Shown here piece after piece: positions 44,601 to 56,940 of a stretch of DNA of 64,000 nucleotides (the first letter of the stretch is position 1; each line of letters starts with the position of its first letter). Source of the stretch: the human T2T-CHM13v2.0 reference genome, Homo sapiens. A program made the position numbers and the translations under genes. The notes under the pieces were generated by a model. It ran no database searches and had not been told where the DNA came from. It worked only from the letters and a program-made list of their open reading frames with translations. The stretch lies in assembly GCF_009914755.1 (NCBI RefSeq), contig NC_060935.1; one strand, 5' to 3'.

Positions 44601-45271
44601 TAGATGAAGTGTTAGTTGGCATAACACCTGACACTCTATTAAAGGCTTAGCAGATGGAACTCAGGTATGTTGATATTGGGGATATGGGTCACCATTTTTA
44701 CAAAGATCAAATCATATGTGCAGGAAAAAAAAAAACATTGGTTTGTTTTATTGAATATTAAGTAGTCTCACCTCAGGTGATCCCATGCCATTGGTGATTG
44801 GAGGATAGTGGAGTGGAGGAGACTTTTTCCTCTCTGCTCTCTCCCCTCTAATCTCTACCAGAAAAGCTTCTCCTCCTCTTCCTGCTGATAAGAATTACCT
44901 GCATGTCATACCTTCTTTCATCCCTATTTGTGAACATTGCTCTTCCATGCAGCACATGCTCTCTTCTCTCCTGTAACTCTAGCTCGTGGCTTAGCCTAAA
45001 TGACAGGCAGGGTGTAGGATGAGAAGTTGATCTATTAATAAGGTCATCAAGTTAAAAGAATGCTTCATAAATAACCTCCTTCATTTAAGAAATTTTATGT
45101 TTAAAAAGCAATGACATCCATTTCATATCTACCAGATTTTCAAAATTAGAAAGTCTGGGTAACACCAGCCTTATGGAGGATGTGGGGAAATAGAACATCC
45201 TTTACATAGCTGAAAAAAAACTACAAATTGGTTATAATCACCTTGAAGAACAATCCTCATCATGTGACTCT

Positions 45272-46078
45272 TTTTTAAAATAAATTTTATTGAGGCTGGG
45301 CACGGTGGCTCACCCCTGTAATCCCAGCACTTTGGAAGGCCCAGGCAGGCAGATTGCTGGAGCCCAGGAGTTCAAGGCCAGCCTGGGTAACATGGCAAAA
45401 CCCTGTTCTTACCAAAAAACAAGCAAACAAACAAACATTAGCCAGGTGTGGTGGCACGCACCTATAGTCCCAACTACTTGGAAGGCTAAGGTGGAAGGAT
45501 CACCTGAGCTTAGGAGGTCGAGGATGCAGTGAGCCAAGATTGCACCACTGCACTCTAGCCTGGATGACAGAGTAAGACCCTGTCTCCCATAAATAAATGT
45601 TATTGTGTATATTTAAGGCATGCAACATGATATTATAGGATACATATGTGTAGTAAATGGTTATGATGATGAAACAAATTGACATTTCTATGATTTCACA
45701 GTTACCCATTTTTTCCCTGTAGCAAGAGGAGCTACAATCTACTCATTTAGCAAAAGTCCTGATATAATACGCTATTAATAACTATATTCCTCATATTGTA
45801 CATTTGATCTTCAAACTTATTTATCATACATATCTGCTACTTTGTATACTTTGACCTACTCCATCCTGTTCCCTCCCCCACTCTCTGACCCTGGTAACCA
45901 CTGTTTCATGCTATATATTTGACCCTTTTTAAAAATTCCATGTATAAGTGAGATCATGCAATATTTTTTTCTGATTTAAGTTATTTCACTTAACATAGTG
46001 TCACCCAGGTCCATCCATGTTGTGGCAAATGTCAGGATTCATTCAAACAGGTAAGGAAGCAGAGGTGTATATATACAG
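45272..46078 (-). mobile_element. 5'-truncated L1MA 3' end, interrupted by an AluJ
   Basis: 'tttattgtgtatatttaagg..tgcaacatgat', 'ataagtgagatcatgca', 'ttatttcacttaacata'; flanked by CATGTGA(C/T)TCT. Confidence 0.8.
45294..45590 (+). mobile_element. AluJ, A-tail almost absent
   Basis: 'gagcccaggagttcaaggccagcctgg', 'gaggtcgaggatgcagtgagc'; 15-bp TSD AAATAAAT(T/G)TTATTG. Confidence 0.9.
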
Positions 46079-46089
46079 CATGTGATTCT

Positions 46090-46906
46090 TCTTTTTTTTA
46101 ACTGGTGGCAATTTTCTTTTTCTTTCCAACTTTTATTTTAGGTTCAGAGGGTGTATATGCAGTTTTGTTATATGTGTAAATTGCATGTCATGGGGGTTTA
46201 GTGTACAGATTATTTCATCACCCACATAATGAGCATAATAACTGATAGGAAGTTTTTCAATCCTTATCCTCCTCTCAGCCTTCACCCTCAAGCAGGCAAG
46301 TTTCCATTGCCCCCTTCTTTGTGTCCATGTGTACTCACTGTTTAGCTCCAATTTATAAGTGAGAACATGTGGTATTTGGTTTTCTGTTTCTGCGTTAATT
46401 CACTTAGGATAATGGCCTCCAGTTCCATCCATGTTGCTGCAAAGAACATGATTTTATTCTTTTTACGGCTGTGTAGTATTCCATGGTATATATGTACCAC
46501 ATTTTCTTTATCCAGTCTGCCATTGATTGACATCTAGGTTGATTCCACCTCTTTGAATGGTACTGCAATGTGCATATGCCTGCATGTGTCTTCATGGTAG
46601 AACAGTTTCTTTTCCTTTGGGTATATACCCAGTAATGAGATTGCCAGGTCGAATGTCAGTTCTATTTTAGGTTATTTGAGAAATCTCCAAATTGCATTCC
46701 ACAGTGGCTGAACTAATTTGCATTCCCACCAGCAGTGTATAAGTGTTCCCTTTTCTCCACAGCCTTGCCAGCATATGTTATTTTTTTACTTTCGGACCTG
46801 GACAGAGCAGGGCCATCTTGCCTGTGGGATGGGGTCAGTTTAATCTGAGCACCCTCCAGTCTGCTGGCCTCTCCCAGGGTCCCCGCCTGGCCATGCCCAC
46901 TTATAC
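46090..46906 (-). mobile_element. L1PB/L1PA16-type 3' end (46090-46792) joined to a GC-rich segment resembling an inverted L1 5'UTR piece (46793-~46902)
   Basis: ORF-track peptides WNQPRC and HMFSLINWS; 11-bp TSD CATGTGATTCT at 46079-46089 and 46907-46917 encloses both parts. Confidence 0.82.
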
Positions 46907-47449
46907 CATGTGATTCTGATTCACCTCTTCCCCTCCTCTGTTTGAGAATCAAAGCTCTTCAATACTTAGAATGTACCTGGAGATGTTCTATTTTAGAATT
47001 CTTATTCATTAATATTACACTTAATCTTTTCCATTTAATTCATTAGAAGTTTGATGTTTAATTTTTTAATATAAGAATGATTCAACTTTTTAGAAATAAC
47101 TTCTAATACATATGAGGATTCAAAATAGATGAACTAATTTCTTAACATGATGCCTATATTTTCTCATATAGTTCATCATACTTTCACCTATAAGAAACTC
47201 CATACATTTGAAAAAGTTCACAAATAACTCTCCTCTTTAGTTCTTTGTTGAATGTTAGTGTTATAGGCAGAGTGATAACTTCAGTATAGTCAGGACTTGC
47301 TAAATTTTGTAAAACAGAGTTGATGAAGTGATATTCCATTAAAAGAAACTACTTTACCATCCTTTTCCAGACTCAAGGAAACCAGGCAATAGAGTTATCA
47401 TTTAATATGAAACGACAAAATGAGCAATACCAAATACCTTTTTTCACCC

Positions 47450-47715
47450 AGGAAGTATATCATAATGTTTAAGAGAGTGAGCTCTGGAGTCAGACTGCCT
47501 GTGTTCAAATGCTGACTACACTGCTTACTAGCTGTGTGAGCCTGGGTAAGTTGCTTAATTTCTCTGTGCTTCAGTTTCTCAAAATGGAGATATTAATGGT
47601 ACCTGCCTCACAGGATCCTTTTGAGGATTAATCAAGATAACCTGGAAAGCACTGACTGACTCTCATTTGTTGAGTCAGTCAGTGGCTGACTCTCAATAAA
47701 TGGCAGCTATTTTTA
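47450..47715 (+). mobile_element. MIR, near full length
   Basis: 'ctctggagtcagactgcctg.gttcaaat...ctgtgtga.cctgggtaagttgcttaa..tctctgtgcttcagttt'. Confidence 0.85.
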
Positions 47716-47829
47716 TTATCATAACTTCTTCCTGCCTTTTTTCCAGGGAAGGGGCTGCTTATAAAACAGTCTAGCTTCACATAAAAACCTATAGAAGTGA
47801 AAGAGCTCAACACTTGCTTAAGAAGTTTC

Positions 47830-48110
<281 letters not shown>

Positions 48111-48529
48111 TCAGGAAACATAGGGCTGCAAATAAAGTGGGCACCGACAGTCATTTGAATCATTAATCTATACATGTCATATAGTTTAATATACTGACAA
48201 TTAAAGTCAAGTAAAGGCAAAATTCTGGAATATTGTTCCAGTTTGCACAACCCTAGGGAAGTGTTCCAGGACTCTAAATGTAGTCAGAGTAGAATGAACA
48301 CTGAACTAAGCACTCAAGAAACAATATTCTTTTCTCCAGATCTACCTTTAACTTTTGTATGACCTTGATTAAACTGCCTTACCTTTTGGAATCTTAGCTT
48401 AGGACAGAAGAATAATAATAATTCATGCACCACATACTGTACAAGGTTGTTGTGCAAATAAGAGTATTGTGTGCAAAAGCTAAGTATATTGTAAAATACT
48501 AAGCCAATTTGAGTTATTCATTATTATTA

Positions 48530-49060
48530 TGCTTAGAATCTTTCTTTGCCTGAGTCACCCCCTGAAAAAGAACCTGATGCAAATGTTTAAAAGTGTGCAT
48601 AATTCATCTGGAGACATTATCCCTGAAAGTAGGAATTAGTAAAGGACAGGGGAAGGGAAATAGGAAAGAAAGGAAGGTCAACACAAGGATGTGCTACTGA
48701 GATGGTCACTACTAGGGGCTCCTGGTTCCTTGATTCCCCAGAACCTTCCTGGACGCCCACTATAGTGCATCTCTGAGCCACCCACTAGGGAAATAAAGAA
48801 GGAGCATTTTATTTATCAGTTTGTCTCTCCCATTGGCCATGGGTGATACCATGGGGCATTGGCTCTTTTGCATTTGAGGGTTGTGGCTATTCCCATAGGT
48901 GGCCAACATCATGAGGTCAGATAGGTCCATGGCAAGAAGTAAGAGAAGAGCACTTGGATTGCCCCTACTTGAAGCTAGTATAAGCCTCAAGTTGCCAAAG
49001 TGGCTGGAATAAAAGGCCTGAGATCATTTGGAGTGGTTATTACATAAGAGATGTCCAGCA
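48530..49060 (-). mobile_element. Old ERVL LTR (LTR33/LTR16-like)
   Basis: 'aaagaacctga.gcaa', purine-rich tract, 'atttatcag...ctcccattggcca.gggt'. Confidence 0.5.
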
Positions 49061-49624
49061 GAGCCCTACTGAGAGATCATAACCTCTATTATCCCTTTCT
49101 TGGGATAACAAAGGCAAGCATGGAATTATTACAATTTGAAGGACAGATTTCCAAATTATTTTTATTTCTTGTCTTGCAATCAAACAGATGGTAACCTGAA
49201 TCTTATTTTTCCAGCACATCTGGAATGCAGAAAAACCTAGACCTTTTTTTTTTTTTTAACCTCTGTTTGGTAAACCTCACTCCTTCCTGTTCCCACTGCC
49301 TTACCCTAAAGCTACAAGATGTAGCTTTAATGTAAAATCCACAATTCAGAGATTTTTCAAGAGAGCTCCAGTGGCTCTGCGTGTGTGTGTAACGACGTTT
49401 AAAAGAATACATAACTGGAAGGCTTGATGGCTGCCTGGGCACAATCTCTTGTCTTCCCAACAGTGTTGGGAAGGTATTTCCACCATTTTGAACTGCCACA
49501 CTGATGCAGTCAGCCCTGATCTGTAATCAGATAAGCAATGTACAAATTAGCCATGGGATGGCTTTCTTAGCCACATTTGAGAAAAAAGTTCAACGGACAC
49601 TGTTTCAAAAAGGAAAAGGAAATA

Positions 49625-49872
49625 CCAAATGCCTTTGGTGTCAGATACACATGGATTTCATTCCTTGCTGTGGCACATGTGGTTGAGTGATCTTAATCCC
49701 TCTAAACCTACACTTTCTCATCTGTAAAAAGAGAGTGTTGAAACCTATGTCACAGAGTCATCGTGAAGATTCAGAATTAGAGATTATATGCATTCCCAAC
49801 TAAGAGGATGCCTAGAAAGTATGAGGCATTCACTAAATAGCTGATATTATCATTATCACCATCATCATCATC
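49625..49872 (+). mobile_element. MIR with (ATC)n tail
   Basis: 'ctttggtgtcagatac.catggattt', 'tttctcatctgtaaaa'. Confidence 0.65.
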
Positions 49873-50747
49873 AATAACACTATTAGTGTTATTAACCCAT
49901 AAATTTGTGATGCTTCTTACAGAAAATGCAAGCTAATGTTTCCAGCTCAAAATATGAGAGAAGTGGCAAGCCAGAGAGAAAAATCAGATCCACTAGAGAC
50001 CCTCCACCTCGGTACCACAGCCTTATGTCTGTTAAAGTAGATTTTTTTCACCAACACCTGAACTCCTTTTCTGTAATTGAGGAATCTACCACTATATGAG
50101 AGAGGGCAGATCTGTCCTCCAGCTTTAGATCTTTCTATCTTTCAAATCTTTCTATCTAGGATTTTGAAGCTGGTGTAAGTAGCACCAGAATTACCTTCTT
50201 CCAGCGCCCAGTGGGGATAGTGGAAGGGACAGCATCCAGTGTCCAGCAGTGGCCAAGGGACAAGCCAAAGGATAGTGCAAGGGACAGCATTTGTGTCCAA
50301 AGGAAGTGGCCAGGTGTCCAGGGTTGCACCAACATGTCCTTGACGGACTTTTCATGTGACATGACCTTGGCTATGATTCCAGCTATGCAGTTTCCTTTGC
50401 TTCCCATCTATGTTTTAAAACTTGTTGACCCAGGCTTCTCATCAGTTTTGAGAGCCATTTGATACCTTCCCAATATTTTTCTCTATAAGTTAGCCAGAGT
50501 TTATTTTCTCTTGCTTGCAACTAAAAACCTCAGCTGGTCACTGGCTAACTGAAGCAGAAAGAGGATTTACTGTGAGGGTATGAGGTGGCTCACAGAATCA
50601 AGGCAACAGCTGAGAACCAGACTCAGAAGGTCCAGGAGCCAGGGACTCCAGAGGACAGGAGCTGATGAAAAGTTCTGGTAGGGCAGAGCTGCAAGGGTAA
50701 ATGAGCTAACACCTGGATTGTCCATCTTTTCTTAAAGGCTCAAATTC

Positions 50748-51099
<352 letters not shown>

Positions 51100-53999
51100 C
51101 TACCACTTAGTTAAGAGTCACAGGCACTTTGATGGAAAATCCTGTCAAACCATCATAAATGACAAAAAACTAATGCCCCAAAAGAAAGCAAGCATTATCA
51201 AGGAAGTAAAAATAGATGCAGAGTGACAAATAAATAAGTATTTTTTTTAATCCAGCAAATGTTCACAATACTGATTCAGGTATGTTTGCCATAGGTTCAG
51301 GAGAGGATAGTGGGTCCATTCCCCCTCTAAACAGTGCACCCCATGATTCTTCCCTACATTCTCTTTACACCACGTTCTTCATTCCTGTCTCCACCCTCCA
51401 AACCCTCTTGTCCTTCAAATCCAGTCACATTCTACGTCACCCATGAAGTCATCCCATGGCGTCTCCACTTCATCCATCCCTGCCCTTCCTCTGAACTTGG
51501 AAAGCATATTATCTATAAAATAGTATAGGTTTTCTTCTGTAAAATTCTTGTCTTGTCTTTTCATATCAAGTGTAAGCTCCTTCAAGGAAAGGTAACTTCA
51601 TATATCCCCCACAGCACATAGAAATGTTTCCTGAATATCAGTCATTTACAAACTATCTTATGAATTTCTGCCATAGTTCAGTCTCATCTCTACAATTTGT
51701 CTTTAAACTTACCGTATTTTAATTGTGTATTTTAGTTGCATTCTAAGAAATTACCATTGAAAATTATGAGTTTAATATAGTTATACATCTTTCCAATACA
51801 GTCTATACCCTGTTAATAAATAATGTTCAACCTTGCGATATGTTGAGAGAGAGAAAGATTAAAAACCATGTATCTTGAATGATTGACCGAGTACTTTGCA
51901 AAGCACACAAACTTGCAGATTGGAAAACAGGTGAATAAACGAGTGAGTCAATCAATCAATCACCCCTGAGATTGACTCACTGACTCTAATAAGAACCCAG
52001 CTGAGAGACACTGGGTCTCAGGTTGACTTCTGTAATTCCTTCCTGAGCTAATTAGTGCTCATTAAATCAATCAATCAATCAATACAATGCCTATATCTGG
52101 ATCAAGCTAAAAGGAAAGAATGGAACCGGCTTCTGAAATTCCTGACTTCATCACACAGACAAAGTGTTCTGAAAGTAAGGCACATTTGTAACCCCCAGAC
52201 AACAGTTTAAGAGCACATTCTTTGGCTGTATCTATAGTTGCATAAACATCCTTCCCCTCATAGTCCATTAGCTTCCAGGAAATGAGCAAAGGATCTGGCA
52301 ACTGTCTTTCACTTGATCTTTGCTTCCCTCATATAAAGGAAAGTGCTTTTAGGCTGAGCTCTAATGGAATTGGAACGCATCTGTGCTTTGCTTATTTTAG
52401 TTAACGTTCCTTAACCCTCCCAAATCCAACTACTGCCTGAGCTCTGGGCTGAGCATTTATATGAGAGGAGGGGAGTGGCAATAAAGAACAAAGAGGGCAT
52501 TTGGATTTATTTCTTCCTGCACAACGCATTCCGTGTCTTGTATACCCCAAGTCTCAGGGCTAAATTTAAATGGTCCATTTTTTTTTCTTTTGCTCACAAT
52601 GTATCTTTAGTCAGAGCCAGACTCAAAAGCTATATGTTTTGGAAGAGTGGAAATATCATAACTGTTGGAGTCAGAGAAACCCCGAATTTTAACGTACATT
52701 TTGTCATTTACTTTTTGTGGGAACTTCGGTAAATGAACTTGTATGTGCTTCAATTTTTGTTCCATGGAAGAAGCATAGCAAGATACAGTCACCCAGCCTC
52801 TTCCAATATGAAAACCTCATACGAAATATGGAGATTTTCCTTCTTTATTTTAGTGTCATTAATAGTGACAGAGCCCATTCAAGAGAGAAAGACAACCCAC
52901 TCCTTCCTCCAACTCTTCCCCATCCTCTGTAGGAAGAAATAAATATTTTCCACTAGGAGAGATGAGAAAAGTCCTAGGCTTTTTGTTGTTGTTTTTGTTG
53001 TCATTGTTATTGTTGCATAAAGAGGGTTTCCTCCCAGGTGCTAATGATTTAAGATGTTCACATTTGTGCATAAAATTGGAAGAGAGAGACTGTGTGTGTG
53101 ATTTTCCAGTTGGAGGATGGTGAGGACTTGGAGGGAGATAAGGGAAGAAACACACTGGATCTGGCATGGTTTTCTGTAGTTTGACCTGATACTGGAGAGT
53201 TTTTCAATAAGCATTTCCTCCGTTCCCGCTGCACACCCCAATGCATATGCTGCAAAGGTGCAAGGGGTGTGGTCTGTGAGCCCGGGGAACAACGTTGAAC
53301 AAAAGTCTTTGCCAGGCAACTGCCTCGCTTCTACTCAACAGAGAACTTCTCAATATAGGCACGTAAGTCCAACCATTAAAACCAGTCTCTAAGTAGAAGA
53401 AACTTTGCTCCATCTGTGGCAGCCCCTTGCCTGGTGACCACCCAATAAGAATGATGAATGACTGGTTCCACAAAAATTTAATCTGTTGGCGTCCAGACAT
53501 CCTATGCATGTAGGTGGCTCCCCACCAAGTCCTAATACAGGCATACCTCATTTTATTGTGCTCCATTTTATTGTGCTTTGCAGATAACGCATTTTTTACA
53601 AATTGAATGTATGTGGCAACCCTGTGTCAAGCAAGTCTATTGGCAATTTTCCAACAGTATGTGCTCACTTCATATCTCTGGGTCACATTTTGGCAATTTT
53701 CACAATATTTCAAACTGTTTCATTATTATTATATGGTTTTCTCTGTTATGATGCTCTGTAATCACTGATCTTCAATGTTACTACTGTAATTGTTTTGGGG
53801 CATCACAAACTACACCCAGGTAAGATGGCAAACATAATCAAAAACTGTGAGTGTTCTGACTGTTCCATCCACCGACTGTCCCCCTGTTTCTCTCACTCTC
53901 CTCGGCCTCCCAATTCCTGAGACACAATAATATTAAAATTAGGCCAGTTAATAACCCTATGATGCCATCTACGTGATCGAGGGAAAGGAAGAGTTGCAT

Positions 54000-55560
54000 G
54001 TCTCTCACTTTAAATCAAAAGCTAGAAATGGTTGAGCTTAGTGACGAAAGCATGTTGAACCCAAGATTGGACAAAAGGTAGGCCTCTTGAGCCAAACAGT
54101 TAGCCAAGTCATGAATGGGAAGGAAATTAAAAGTCCTACTCCAGTGACCACACAAAAGATAAGAAAGCAAAATAGTCTTATTGCTGATATGGAGAAAGTT
54201 TTAATGGTCTGGATAGAGCAAACCACCTTCAACATTCCCTTAAGACAGAGACTAATCCAGGCCAGGCCCTAACTCTCTTCGATTCTATAAAGGCTGAGAG
54301 AGGTGAAGAAGCTGCAGAAGAAAATTTTGAAGCTAGTAGAGGTTGGTTCATGAGGTTTAAGGAAAGAAGCCATCTCTATAAAACAAAAGTGCAAGGTCCG
54401 AAGCAGCGAGTGGTGATGTAGAAGCTGCAGTAACTTATGCAGAAGATCTAGCAAATGTCATTGATGAAAGTGGCTCAATTAAATGATATATTTTTAATAT
54501 AGATAAAACAGCCTTCTATCAGAAGAAGATGCCATTTGGGACTTTGATAGCTAGTGAGAAGTCAATGCCTGGCTTCAAAACTTCAAAGACAGGCTGGCTC
54601 CCTTGTTAGGGGCTAATGCAGCTGGTGATATTAAGTCGATGTCAATGCTTATTTATCATTCCAGCAATCCTACAGACCTCAAGAATTACACTAAGTCTGC
54701 TCTGCCTGTTCTCTATAAATGCAACAACAAAGCCTGGATGACAGCACATCTGTTTACAGCATGGTTTACAAATATTTTAATCCCACTGTTGAGACCTACT
54801 GCTCAGAAAAAAAAAAAGATTCCTTTCAAAATATTACTGCTAATTGACAATGCACTAGTCACAAGAGCTCTGATGAAGATGTACAAGAATATTAATGTTG
54901 TTTTCATCCCTGCTAAAACAACATGCATTCTGTAGCCCATGGGTAAAGGAGTCATTTTGACTTCCAAGTCTTATTATTTAAGAAATACATTTCATAAGGC
55001 TATATCTCCCATAGATAGTGAGTCCTCTGATGGATCTGGGCAAAGTAATTGAAAATCTTCTGGAAAGAGTTCACTACTCTAGATGCCTTAAAAACATTCA
55101 CAACTTATAGTAGGAGGTCAAAATATCAACATTAACAAGAGTTTGGAAGAAGTTAATTTCAACCTTCATAGATGACTTTGAGAGGTTCAAGATTTCAGTG
55201 GAGGAAGTAACTGCAGATATAGAGGAAATACCAAGAGAACTAAAATTAGAAGTGGAGCCTGAAGATATGATTGAATTGCTGCAATCTCAGGATCCAACTT
55301 TAAAGGATGAGGAGTTGCTTCTTGTGGAAGAGCAAAGAAAGTGGTTTCTTGAGATGGAATCTACTCCTGGTGAAGATGCTGTGAACATTGTTGAAAGGAC
55401 AACAAAGGATTTAGAATATTATATAAACTTAGTTAATAAAGCATCAGCAGGGTTTGAGAGGATTGACTCCAATTTTGAAATTCTACCATGGGGAAAATGC
55501 TATCAAACAGCATTGCATGCTACAGAGAAATCCTTTGTGAAAGGAGGCATCAATTGATAC
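54000..55560 (+). pseudogene. Tigger1 pogo-type transposase remnant (CENP-B HTH and DDE_1 domain; TIGD1-like)
   Basis: Peptides [57 protein letters not shown]...[10 protein letters not shown]; multiple frameshifts and stops. Confidence 0.88.
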
Positions 55561-55736
55561 AGCAAACTTCATTGTTGTCTTATATTAAGAAATTCCCACA
55601 ACCACCCCAAACTTCTGCAACAACCACCCTGATCAGTCAGCAGCCATCAACCTCAAGGCATAATCCTCCACCAGCAAAAAGATTAGGACTTGCTGAAGGC
55701 TTAGATGATCATTAGCATTGTTTAGCAACAAAGCAC

Positions 55737-56940
55737 TTTTTAACATTTTCTTGGTACATAATAGTTGTGCATATGTATCAGTCACGTGATATTTTGATAT
55801 ATGCGTACAATGGTGTAATGATCAAATCGGAGTATTTAGGATATTCATCATCTCAAATATTTAATGTTTTTTGTGTGTTGGGAACATTTCAGATCTTCCC
55901 TTATAGCTGTTTTAAAATATACAGTAAATTATTGCTAACTATAGTCACCCTACTGTGCTAGAATGTATTCTATCTATCTAACTGTATGTTTGTGCCCATT
56001 TTCCAACCTTTCTTCATTCCCCCATCCCCTTCCTAGCCTCTGGTAATATTGTTCTACTCTCTGCCTTCATGAGATCACTACTTTAAGCTTCCACAAATGA
56101 ATAAGAACTTCCAATATTTGTCTTTCTCTTCCTGGCCTATTCCATTTAACATAATGACTTCCAGTTTCATCCATGTTGCTGCAAATGATAGGATCGCATT
56201 CTTTTTACGGATGAATAGTATCTTATTGTGTATATATACATCTCATTTTCTTTATCCATTCATCCTTTGAGGGACACTTAGATTGATTCCATATCTTGGC
56301 TATTATGAATAGTGCCGCAATAACGTGGCATTAACCTCATGTAGCATAATGTTTACTAACCATTCCCATAACTCAGGCAAGTTTTCCTTCTAGAATAGTT
56401 GGCTGTAAAGTAATACCTCCAAGATATTGTGGATACAGTTCCAGACCACTGCAATAAAGTGAATATTGCAGTGAAGCAAGTAACACACATTTTTTGTTTT
56501 CCCAGTGCATGTAAAAGTTACATTTACACTATACTGCAGTCTAGTATAGACTACATGGGGGTGGAGGGTATGTCTTTGAAAGATTGATTTATTTTCCTTT
56601 GCATAAATATCCTGTAATGGGATTGCTGGATTGCATGGTAGATCTCTTTTTTTTTTTTAAGATTTTGAGAAATCTCCACACTTTTTTGCATAATGGTTCT
56701 ACTAATTTACATCTCCACCAACAGTGTATGAGAGTTCCTATTTCTCCACCTCCTCATCGATATTTGTTATTTTTGTCTTTTTAATAATAGCCATTCTGAG
56801 GTAAGATAATATCTCATTGTGGCTTTGATTTTCATTCCCCTGATAATTAGTGTTTTGAGTATTTTTTCATATACCTGTTGGCCATTTGTATGTCTTCTTT
56901 TGAGAAATATCTATTCAGACCCTTTGCCCACTTTTTAATA
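55737..56940 (-). mobile_element. 5'-truncated L1MA (L1MA2/3-like) inserted in Tigger1
   Basis: 'gtacataatagttgt...gtgatattttgata...gtaatgatcaaatc'; Tigger1 resumes at 'caaagtattt..taattaaggt'. Confidence 0.85.
56326..56543 (-). repeat. Inverted copy of 57011-57222 (Tigger1 right end plus ~85 bp of flank)
   Basis: e.g. TGGCATTAACCTCATGTAGCATAATGTTTAC is the exact reverse complement of 57192-57222; colinear over ~215 bp. Confidence 0.95.

Noticed and set aside
49453-49473. Iron-responsive element (CAGTG loop)
   Set aside because: The stem pairs directly around CAGTG with no unpaired sixth loop base and no bulged C five pairs below, and there is no evidence this is a UTR.
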